A DNA stretch of 63,920 nucleotides, filler included, from Octopus bimaculoides (Eukaryota), in the NCBI RefSeq assembly GCF_001194135.2. It is 8 parts of 6 records of this genome, joined end to end, with 100 filler letters (N's around TTAATTAATTAA, not from the genome) between each part and the next. Parts side by side here need not be neighbours in the genome. Positions count along the whole stretch, not along the records: positions 53,130 to 58,642 come from NC_068995.1; positions 58,743 to 60,644 come from NC_068982.1; positions 60,745 to 62,768 come from NW_026350549.1; positions 62,869 to 63,920 come from NW_026438495.1; 4 more parts are not named here. One strand, 5' to 3'. The notes beneath the pieces were generated by a model. It saw only the letters and a list, made by a program, of their open reading frames with translations, was not told the DNA's origin and did no database searches. A program made the translations under genes and the position numbers. Of this stretch, positions 53,941-63,920 are shown one piece after another; the first letter of the stretch is position 1; each line of letters starts with the position of its first letter.

Positions 53941-54300
53941 CAATAACTCCAGATACTTTTGGAGAGAATCCTTTGTCGTTCAGGAGGAAGAAAGTTAAAT
54001 AACCATATTTAGGGCCCATATAATTGTATAAGTTCCGTCGGATAAGAAACGTTAAACCAGGACTAATTTTTATTTGCACAAATATTCCTTTTCCATTCAC
54101 TTCGCAAGATGCTCCAGAAAAGGCGATATCTGTTACGCGCTTCCAAATTAGGCGTTTACCGTCGAATACTATTTCATGTGTTGCTATCATTATTTCTACA
54201 TCGGCAGTCCTAATATAAATTTTACCGATGTATGTTATGTTTGGATGACCGGCTTTATAACTTCCTCTACCTTCAATCATTTTCGCCGTCACGTTGATTT
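53941..54300 (-). CDS. ITIH-like gene exon, ITI heavy-chain C-terminal domain
   Basis: ttacag|AA ATC AAC GTG..GTT ATT G|gtgagt; 360 nt, phase 1-1; INVTAKMIEG..TYIGKIYI..LTFLIRR..YLTFFLLNDKGFSPKVSGVIG matches the ITI_HC_C layout. Confidence 0.85.
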
Positions 54301-54337
54301 CTGTAATGATAAAATATTCATATCAGCAATAATAATG

Positions 54338-54369
<32 letters not shown>

Positions 54370-54655
54370 AACAAGAGTAAAAATTACATAGCAACCCAAC
54401 AATAACTCCAGATACTTTTCGATAGAATCCTTCGTCGTTCATATTCAGGGCTTGATGCAGTACCATGCAGTGGCTTTTCATCTTAACTGATAGGAAGTGT
54501 TATTATGTACATTTTTTTGTCTTGGTATAAAAGATGGGCTATAGCAGATCTCCCGCACAATATCACAAATTTGCTTGTTAGTTATTTGACCATAACCAGT
54601 TGAGCATGTGCCTTAGTGACTGATTGGGGTTTGAAACCTTCTAACCACACAGCCA

Positions 54656-54704
<49 letters not shown>

Positions 54705-55880
54705 ACACACACACAAATTTGATGTGTGGTGCAATGTATAGATTTATTGAATCATTTTTCTCTATAAGAAAGCTCCTCTACTGGACCCGGCTATCGTTCC
54801 ACAAGAGAATCGAATAAGGAGAAGTATTTTGCAGAATCCTATGAAATCCAGGAGATCGATGAAATTATTTAACTTCGAGNNNNNNNNNNNNNNNNNNNNN
54901 NNNNNNNNNNNNNNNNNNNNNNNNNNNNNNNNNNNNNNNNNNNNNNNNNNNNNNNNNNNNNNNNNNNNNNNNNNNNNNNNNNNNNNNNNNNNNNNNNNNN
55001 NNNNNNNNNNNNNNNNNNNNNNNNNNNNNNNNNNNNNNNNNNNNNNNNNNNNNNNNNNNNNNNNNNNNNNNNNNNNNNNNNNNNNNNNNNNNNNNNNNNN
55101 NNNNNNNNNNNNNNNNNNNNNNNNNNNNNNNNNNNNNNNNNNNNNNNNNNNNNNNNNNNNNNNNNNNNNNNNNNNNNNNNNNNNNNNNNNNNNNNNNNNN
55201 NNNNNNNNNNNNNNNNNNNNNNNNNNNNNNNNNNNNNNNNNNNNNNNNNNNNNNCCAGCATCGGTTGTCAAGCGATGTTGGGGGACAAACACAGACATAC
55301 AAACACATACACACACACACACATATATATATATACATATATACGACAGGCTTCTTTCAGTTTCCGTCTACCAAATTCACTCACAAGGCTTTGGTCGGCC
55401 CGAGGCTATAGTAGAAGACACTTGCCCAAGATGCCACGCAGTAGGACTGAACCCGGGACCATGTGGTTGGTAAACAAGCTACTTACCACACAGCCACTCC
55501 TACGCCTATATATATATATATATATATTATTTGGGTCACTGCATATGTTTATGCGCTGTAACTGAGTGGTTTGACAAACAGAGCGGTGAATTAAGAATAA
55601 TTCTGTAAAACAATGGAGTCAATATGGTCGAATTATTTCTTGAACGCAGCACCCTAGTATGTCCGCCGTCAATGAGTTGATAAAAAGAAAATGATAAAAG
55701 AAAAATACCTCCTCTGCTAATATTACCACCTGTTTTGTTTTGTGTTCAACGATAATGATTCAATTTCCCAGATATAAATAAAATATTTATGATTTTGCAA
55801 TAAGACTTCTCTGATTTTTCCTATTGGATATTAGAAACTCCTAAATATTATGAATGAACAAAGCTGAGAAGGTAACTCAC

Positions 55881-55994
55881 GTAATACTGGATCATATATT
55901 AACGTCATCAGTTCTGCTTTTGTGGGAATTTCGTAACATATAGGGAAAGTGACGTTTTTCAGTTTCACCATGAAATGGGGATCTCCGAAAAAAA
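55881..55994 (-). CDS. ITIH-like gene exon with the GDPHF motif
   Basis: ttttcag|TT TTT TTC GGA GAT CCC CAT TTC..TTA C|gtgagt; FFGDPHFMVKLKNVTFPICYEIPTKAELMTLIYDPVL; splice phases match both neighbours. Confidence 0.9.
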
Positions 55995-57199
55995 CTGAAA
56001 ATATGAAAAAAACAAAGAGAGAAAACCGTGAAATTAACTTGCATTACCATAGAAACATGGATATTTCAATATATGGCGAGATATGAAGCTATAAGTTAGT
56101 GATTCCATCACGACCATGATATTTTATAGAGAAAAACTGTTTATAGTTTTTATATCGTTTTCAAATAGAAATAAAACTTGAAATATCTTTCTTAAATGCA
56201 GCGTATTGAAGACACATAACATTTTCTGCAAGAGATTTCTGGTTACAGTATTTGGTAGTTATCACACTGACGCCATGGTGTAGTAAAAGTATTTCAGAGA
56301 TATTTTGTTTTGGTCATCAATTTGCAATTTTCATCTAAATTTGCATTATGAAACTGATGATTATTGGTCATTACGCCAATAATAAACACGCTCACTGTTT
56401 CGATTTCCTTTCTTTAATTTTATTCATCAATGGTTCGCAGTTTAACCAACTAAATAATTATTTGTTTGATCAATCATTCAGTTAATCAGTCAATCAGACA
56501 GACTGAAGCTAACTTTTGAGCAGACATGGCATGTCTTTTAACAGTTTGCAAATTGGCAAATAGAACCTATTGATTGATTACTCGAACCATTGGTCAAATA
56601 AATGATTAGCCAGTTGGTGAAATAGCTAACGAGTTGACGAATAATAATGAACTGAAATTGAAAGTGGGCGTGTGGCTATTATTGGCAGAATGATCTTCCA
56701 CTGACGCAACACAGCTTCAGAAGTAACAATCTAAATTATACTAAAATATTTCAGAAATTTAATCGTTAGTTTGTGTCATGTTGTAAATCGATAACTTAAC
56801 CATATAATTGTGTTTACCAAGTCGTTGAATGAATTATAAATGCAGGCAACAAGTGAAATCTCAAGATTCATTTCAAGCAATTCTAAAGGGTGTTAGAAAA
56901 TGACTTTGTTGAAATGTTTTTCTTCAACATTTATCAAAATACCATAAATTCGTTTTCGACTCAGAATCGTTCAGCATATGATGCCCCAACCACCACCACC
57001 ACCACCACCACCACCACTAATAATAATAAGATATATTTACAGACAATGAAGAAATCGGTCGGAAACAAAATGCAGTTTATAAAAAACAATATTTAAAATG
57101 TATTTAAAATAAACGTATTGTCGTACATACCTCTACGAGGAGCGTGCTGGGTTGTTGGTAACAAAGAAATAAAACATTGTAAATATTTATGTTAGCATT

Positions 57200-57253
<54 letters not shown>

Positions 57254-57987
57254 ATGATGAATGTATATGAATAAAAGTATATCTGTGACACAGAATGGAA
57301 TAAAATTGTGATGGTACATGTAATATATGGTTTAATATAGTTCAATCTGACGAATAGGGAGATCTGAATTTGATTCGATATTTTCGATATTATACAATAC
57401 AATATATTATACTGTTCAGTTTATACACACCCGACCAGCCAAACCGTTAGTGAATATAAGACCCTTCATGCTTTCAAAATAAATTACCCAATTAAATTCA
57501 AATGCCTATCCGTCAGAATATATCAAATCATATATTACATGTACCATCACAATTAGATTCCATTTCACAACTCCAGACGAACGGCAACAAGAAGCACCGA
57601 GCAGCAAATTTTTGTAATGTTTAACAATAACAACAACAACAACAACAACACGCACACACATATATATGTATATATGTGAAGGGCTTTTTCATGGTTTCCA
57701 TCTAACAAATTGCCTGACACAGCATAGGTGGGTTAAAGGTTATAGACGACATTTTAGTAAATCACCAATCCTGCCTTTGTCTTTTACCGTCTCATTTATA
57801 TCAGGTTCAAGACATCTGCTATTATCCATTCCATCGGCTAATTGGCTCCCATTCAAATTTATCACTAAGTTTATATAACTACATAAAGTATAGAACGTTT
57901 GAAGCTGCATTTCTAGGTACATGAATATAGTGATTGCAGAACAAAGTTTTCAAACTAGTATTACGTCTGTGTAATTAGGATACTTAC

Positions 57988-58123
57988 AGGGTTTGTAAAC
58001 AGGTACAGTAGGTGCAGGGGGAGGACAGTCGTGGGCAGACTCATCTGCAGCGCCTTCATCAACATCTTCTTTGTTGCCTGGTTTTACGACAGTCATCGAT
58101 GTTACAGGAGTTACAAAGTTATA
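57988..58123 (-). CDS. ITIH-like gene exon (YNFVTPVTSM motif plus Pro-rich linker)
   Basis: ttttag|TAT AAC..CCC T|gtaagt; YNFVTPVTSMTVVKPGNKEDVDEGAADESAHDCPPPAPTVPVYKP. Y.FVTP.TS.V.KP is an ITIH hallmark. Confidence 0.9.
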
Positions 58124-58424
58124 CTAAAATTACAAGAAGACGTACACTCAGATAATCAGATTATATATATATATATGTTTAATGAATTTATATTAAGGGC
58201 AAGCAAGTAAGTATACAAGTTTAGCCGCATGTTAAATGAAGACGTCAAATGGATTTAAGCTACTTTAAATACCACAATGTTTTGATATATTATATATGTA
58301 AAGCATAATGTTATACAAGTATGTATATTGTTATAATTGTCCTTTTAGTAAATAAATAAATTGACATAATATAGTGTCTAAAACTAGTGGAATACTACGT
58401 ATTGATCCACTCCATTTTCTTATT

Positions 58425-58469
<45 letters not shown>

Positions 58470-58642
58470 TATTTAAAAGCAGCAGAGATATAACAAAAGA
58501 ACTGTTACTCGGAGTTTCACGTCCCCGTTCAACGGGAACGTGAAACTCCGAGTAACAGTTGTTTGTTATATTTCTCCTGCTTTTAAATAAAGCATATTAC
58601 TCTACCTCTGGCATTTGAGTACTCTTTTTTCCACCTTGTTGC
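58470..58642. mobile_element. Palindromic (inverted) Penelope-type pLTR junction; 60-bp arms centred on 58530
   Basis: Both arms read AACGGG(A/G)ACGT-GAAA-CTCCGAG-TA-ACAG outward from the centre, which is the 3' half of a hammerhead. Confidence 0.65.
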
Positions 58643-58859
58643 NNNNNNNNNNNNNNNNNNNNNNNNNNNNNNNNNNNNNNNNNNNNTTAATTAATTAANN
58701 NNNNNNNNNNNNNNNNNNNNNNNNNNNNNNNNNNNNNNNNNNTATATGTATACATATGTACACACACACACACACACACAAACACATACAGGATGTGATA
58801 GTTATTTGTAATGCAACTTCAGCATGTCAGAGATATAGATGTAAAATTGTATGGAAGTT

Positions 58860-60280
58860 CACAATATAGAATAGCTTTGCAAAATTCATCAGTGTGTCCA
58901 GGCTCTTAGAATGCTGTCAGCTTGACCCGGGAGCTTCGAAGGACACGAACACTGTCATTTCCATCAGTAAATGAAATATATTCGCCATTGACTTGATGAT
59001 AATTCAATAACTTAGCATTTATCTGACACATATAGGTAGGGTGCTTCAGAAGTATTAAATATAATGAAAAACCCAACCTATTGATACTTCTTTAGTGGTG
59101 ATGTATCTCAGACTTTGATAAATCGAAGTGTCAATACGGTAGTTCGAATCTAAAACTTGATCAGAAAAGAGAAAGAACGGTACGGCTTCACGTACAGAAT
59201 GGATTTGGCTTAACTCAGAAATTCTGCATGGTTTATACATTGAAATTATTTGATAGTAGCGTGAGTATGAAATATGAGTTGATATACAGTCTGTATGTAT
59301 AGTTGAATATATTTGCCTGGTTGTGGTCATAAAATATTTTCCGTCTGATTTCTCCCCGTTGTACAGCGAATATCATCCGCCACAAATTTGTAACTTGCAC
59401 TAGAAAAGAAAACATAATTTTCGGTGCGTATATCAACTTTCATGCAAAATGATTGGCTTTTTCAAAAATCACAATGGAAATTGTATCATAGCCTTCCTTC
59501 TTCAAAGTTTCATGGAAGGCAAGATCACCGTATTCATCTGATATTTCAGCTCACAAAATAGCTTAATTTTCACGAATCTTCTATTTCCCACCAAATAACT
59601 AGGAGACATTCGATTTAGCTGTCTTCTAGGTAATGCGTATATTACATGAATGAACTAAATTTTGAAAGATACATCCTTTCAAGTTTTCTTTCAATTTATT
59701 CCTCATTTCGTAGAAATCCTTTGCAACAATATGATATCGATATAGAGTTTGTTGAACTGAAAACATTTCAATTCCTGCTTAAATAAATTTTGGATTATAC
59801 ATGAAGGTAATGCAGAAACCCGATGGACGAAACTTTCCGACATAAATTATAGGATTCATGTATATATCTTCATCATAGTATGATCTTCTCTGAAACATAA
59901 CGTAAATTGACAAATTGATCAACCTTCGCTTGATTTGCGTCACTATTCAAATGACCTCTTAGATGAATTTATGTTCCATTTTAAAATTAATCTGTAACGG
60001 AGAGGAGTAAAGCGTACGTCTGCGATCTTTATAAACATGTGCATTATGAACTGATGGAAGCATCAGTACAGCCTTCTCTCTGATGTGAGCAGTGATGAAA
60101 TGGATTTACTACAAAAATCTTAGAAATCAATTGCCGATACCTTCCTGTTAAAAATCTTTTGATAGTAAATATTTATATATCCTGACATTTCTAAAGCATG
60201 ATCTGATATTGCAAATGTGTGAGATGAGCGACGTGTTTCAGCATCTGCGATGACAAAGGGAGTAAAAGGCAGATATTTCT
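58860..60280 (-). pseudogene. Decayed intronless protein-coding remnant; identity uncertain (weak resemblance to a GT-A/family-92-like glycosyltransferase)
   Basis: A long frame of about 110 codons is broken by one stop (IHLRGH..GFCITFMYNPKFI*AGIEMF..CNIRIT); later blocks are SDEY, IVIFEKANHF and GKYFMTTTRQIYSTIH; acceptor-like site near 60246. Confidence 0.3.
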
Positions 60281-61239
60281 AGAGAATTATATCAATTTTT
60301 TAGGAACGTCTGCTTAACAATTAGAATGGAAATTTCAATGCAAGAAAGAACATTAAAAGTCGTTAATGTTCTACAGAGTCGTGTTATTATTTTTGTGGAT
60401 GAGAGCTTTCCTATCAGTTTCAAAAGTAGTTTTAAAGCTCGTTAACTATTCCGTATCTTGTGCCAACACATTTCCACTTATGGAGCACGAAATAAAATGC
60501 TTCCTTCTAATTACCAGTCACAGACAGAGAGACGCGCGCCTGGTGGTATGTTTGTTAGAAAAATATCTATCTATCTGTGTGTGTGCGTTTGTCTCTATGT
60601 ATGTAGGTATGAAAGTATTCATATGGATATGTATATATATATATNNNNNNNNNNNNNNNNNNNNNNNNNNNNNNNNNNNNNNNNNNNNTTAATTAATTAA
60701 NNNNNNNNNNNNNNNNNNNNNNNNNNNNNNNNNNNNNNNNNNNNTTTACAAAGTTCAGTTCATGAAGTTTACAAAATTCAAATATAAATATAAAGATATA
60801 AAAGCATATAAAAAAAGAAAAGAAACCATATAAAGAGTCATAAAAACTCACATATATATGCACATGCATACATACTTTCACATATACAGATATAGATAAA
60901 TACATGAGCATAAATACATGAATACCTATATGTGTGTTTAGATGTACATACATAAATGTCTATACATGCACACCAAAGAGTCAAATGTTATTGTTACTAT
61001 ATATGAGGAGGACAGACACATATATATACCCACCCACACATACATACATACACATATGTATATATATATAAAAACACTCCCATACATACATGTTCCCTGG
61101 TACATACGCTTTGGCTGGTGTACCCGGTAATTCCCGGGGGTAAAGATGTTCTATTAAAACGTCTTATTAATCTGATTATAAGAAATTTTGATCCACGAAC
61201 GCAATCAACAATTTTTCGTGGATCAAAATTTTGAACAAG

Positions 61240-62133
61240 ACTTTTTATTCGTTTTGCAGTATCTCAATAGAGCTTCTTTGGAGGTTCTGGTTCCATTCTA
61301 GCAATATACTGCTCGATCCGAATCTCGTTTGGACTTTGTTCTTTTTGTAAAAAGTTGATAAATTTCCAGACGTTGGGGTGATGAGACCCAACTTGGGTTT
61401 CGAATGCTCGATCCCATCCTTCGACAAAGTTATTTGTTTTGGACAAATCATCAAAAACTCTTAAATACATATTCCACTTATTTAGTGGGAAGAGGGGTGG
61501 ACGTCACGCATTCCTTCTGTTAGGCCTTCCAATCTATGTATCCTCGAAATAATCAATGACTTCTTGTGCCACATCAGGGAATAACGCAAACACGAGCGGC
61601 AGCGAAGCTTTCTCTTTTAATCCATGTAGGGTATATAACTGGTGAAATAACAAACGGACTATTTTAAATGTGCCGTCTGCATACCAGTGAATGCTTAGTG
61701 ATAAACACTGTAAATTACGCCTTGTCGCAAATATCACAATACGCTTTTCAACTGATCCTGAGTCATTAAGCATAAATTAATCACTTTTAAAAGATTTAGT
61801 AAGTTCGGGTGGGAAAACTACTTCACTGCAAGTTGATGGTAGGGCCGATCCAGTAAGGGTTTGTTGCCTTACAGATCTTATTGTTCTCATAATACTTTGC
61901 ATTTTCGGTAGTTTGGAGGCAACAGCTTGATCGCAATCATCGAGAACACCAGATACAACTGAATGGGGTGCGTCTTGTATTGACTTTGCCAGTTGACGTA
62001 TCCTTGAAACGTCTTCTTTTGCTGCAGTTTCAGCAGCATCCAATATGTGATTATGGGCGTTGGAAGATTTCGCAATTCCATCCTTTAAAGTAATTACGCG
62101 AGCACAGCATTTTGTTTTTAGATATTTTTTGCA
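61240..62133 (-). mobile_element. Mutator-like (MULE) transposase remnant with FLYWCH end and an internal deletion
   Basis: CKKYLKTKCCAR..HNH; RIVIFAT..WYADGTFKIV..FHQLYTLHG..PLVFALFPD joined directly to VIDYFEDT; TNNFVEGW..HHPNVWKFINFLQKEQ. Confidence 0.9.
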
Positions 62134-62152
62134 NNNNNNNNNNCGATCAACG

Positions 62153-62482
62153 GAACAGCCTGCTCGTGAAATTAACGTGCAAGTAGCTAAGCACTCCACA
62201 GATACGTGTACCCTTAACGTAGTTCTCGGGGATATTCAGCGTGACACAGTGTGACAAGGCTGACCCTTTGAATTACAGGCACAACAGAAACAGGAAGTAA
62301 GAGTGAGAGAAAGTTGTGGTGGAAGAGTACAGCAGGGTTCGCCACCATCCCCTGCCGGAGCCTCGTGGAGCTTTTAGGTGTTTTCGCTCAATAAACACTC
62401 ACAACGCTCGGTCTGGGAATCGAAACCGCGATCCTATGACCACGAGTCCGCTGCCCTAACCACTGGGCCATTGCGCCTCCAC
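62153..62482 (-). mobile_element. Well-preserved tRNA-derived SINE
   Basis: GGAGGCGCAATGGCCCAGTGGTTAGGGCAGCGGACTCG..GGTTTCGATTCCCAGACC head (A and B boxes) followed by a non-tRNA body; not a tRNA gene. Confidence 0.8.
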
Positions 62483-63110
62483 TTTTTATAGTATGTATGT
62501 CCATTAGCAACCAACTTCTTACACCTTTATCTGATTCAGTAAATTCAGCAGACATCTTTGGCTATGGCTCTTTTCACTGTGATTAATTCCAAATAAGAAT
62601 TTTGTTTTTAGAAAACAACTAGCGAAATCGTGATGGCACCTGTACCAGCGGGGCACTAAGAGCACCGTCCGAGCGCGATCGTGGCACGTAAATAGCACCA
62701 GCCTGATCGTTACCAAAGTCGCCTCCCTGGCACTTGTGCCAGATGGCACGTGTAAAGACATTCGAGCGNNNNNNNNNNNNNNNNNNNNNNNNNNNNNNNN
62801 NNNNNNNNNNNNTTAATTAATTAANNNNNNNNNNNNNNNNNNNNNNNNNNNNNNNNNNNNNNNNNNNNATAATAATAATAATAATATTAGGGACAAAATA
62901 CAAAATTACAGGTAAAAATGCAATTAAAATCAATTTATAAAAAATTAAAATTAAATTGAGCTTTACAGATTAAAATGTATATAAATATAAAGTTTTAGGG
63001 AAAACAAAACAAGTTTAATGAACTCATCGATGAAAATTCACTATCACATAGAAAAAAATTAATAAAAGCACAATAAATGAGTATAATATAATAAAAAATT
63101 GATTTTACAG

Positions 63111-63920
63111 CTTCCTGTCTATTCGAAAATTAGTTATGAAACGAACGTAGTCATTTTAAGACCTAACGATTAGCTGTATTTTTTAATAGAATTTATTTTC
63201 GATAATTTTAATCGATTGTAATCGATTTAAATTTCTTTCTATTCGAAAATTAGGTATGAAACGCGTGTAGTCATTTTAGGAGCTGACGATTAGCTGTTTA
63301 TTTGAATAGAATTTATTTTTGATAATTTTAATCGATTTTAATCGATTTAAGTTTCCTTTCTATTTGAAAATTAATTATGAAACGCGCGTAGTCATTTTAA
63401 GACTTGACGATTAGCTGTATTTTTGAAGAGAATTTATTTTCGATAATTTTAATCGATTTTAATTGATTACAGTTTCCTTTCTATTTGAAAATTAATTATA
63501 AAACACGCGTAGGCATATCAAGACCTGACGATAAGCTGTATTCTTGAATAGAATTTATTTTCGATAATTTTAATGGTTTTTCATCGATTTCCTTTTCCAT
63601 TCTATTCGAAAATTAGTTATGAAACGCACGTAGTCATTTTAAGACATGACGATTAGCTGTATTTTTGAATAGTATTTATTTTCGATAATTTTAATCGATT
63701 TTAATCGATTTAAGTTTCCATTCTATTCAAAAATTAGGTATGAAACGCGCGTAGTCATTTTAAGAGCTGACGATTAGCTGTATGTTTAGATAGAATTTAT
63801 TTTCGATAATTTTAATCGATTTCAACCGATTTAAGTTTCCTTTCTATTCCAAAATTAGTTATGAAACACACGTATTTATTTTAGACCTGACGATTAGCTG
63901 TATGTTTGAATAAATTCTTT
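63111..63920 (+). ncRNA. 121-bp tandem array (at least 6.6 units, runs off the window) whose consensus is a hammerhead ribozyme
   Basis: Unit anchors at 63121, 63241, 63362, 63483, 63604, 63725, 63846. Consensus GAAA-CGCGCG-TA-GTC-ATTTTAA-GAC-CTGACGA-TTAGCTGTATTTTTGAATAGAA...TTCTATTCGAAAATTAGTTAT-GAAA. Confidence 0.8.

Noticed and set aside
54762-54879. Open plus-strand frame YKKAPLLDPAIVPQENRIRRSILQNPMKSRRSMKLFNFE beside a gap
   Set aside because: Truncated by Ns, no recognisable motif, and the ITIH exons splice in phase without it.

Overview
Eukaryotic, AT-rich, microsatellite- and transposon-dense genomic DNA. The repeat and SINE content suggest an octopus-like cephalopod (inference, not confirmed). 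Seven 100-bp linkers (N44-TTAATTAATTAA-N44, stop codons in all six frames) split the window into eight assembly pieces, so adjacency across them is not evidence of linkage. Two host genes can be spliced by eye. On the + strand are three consecutive SARM1 exons (SAM1, SAM2, start of TIR; 37925-45390). On the - strand are three consecutive exons of an inter-alpha-trypsin-inhibitor heavy-chain-like (ITIH-like) gene with an intact GDPH motif (58123-53941). The rest is decayed mariner, maT-type Tc1/mariner, MULE, Helitron, Gypsy, R4/Dong, RTE and Penelope remnants plus tRNA-derived SINEs and MITEs. The most interesting signal is the 121-bp tandem array at the right edge (63111-63920). Its consensus monomer folds almost entirely into a hammerhead ribozyme (GAC-CTGACGA-long stem II-GAAA-CGCGCG-TA-GTC), making it a candidate very small retrozyme/circular-RNA satellite. 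Four other hammerhead-like loci with different palindromic stem III sequences occur in the window. Also noted are a candidate antisense terminal exon and a CCAAT cluster inside a SARM1 intron, and several fold-back or templated-insertion structures. All calls are from manual reading and translation; no database search or folding program was run.
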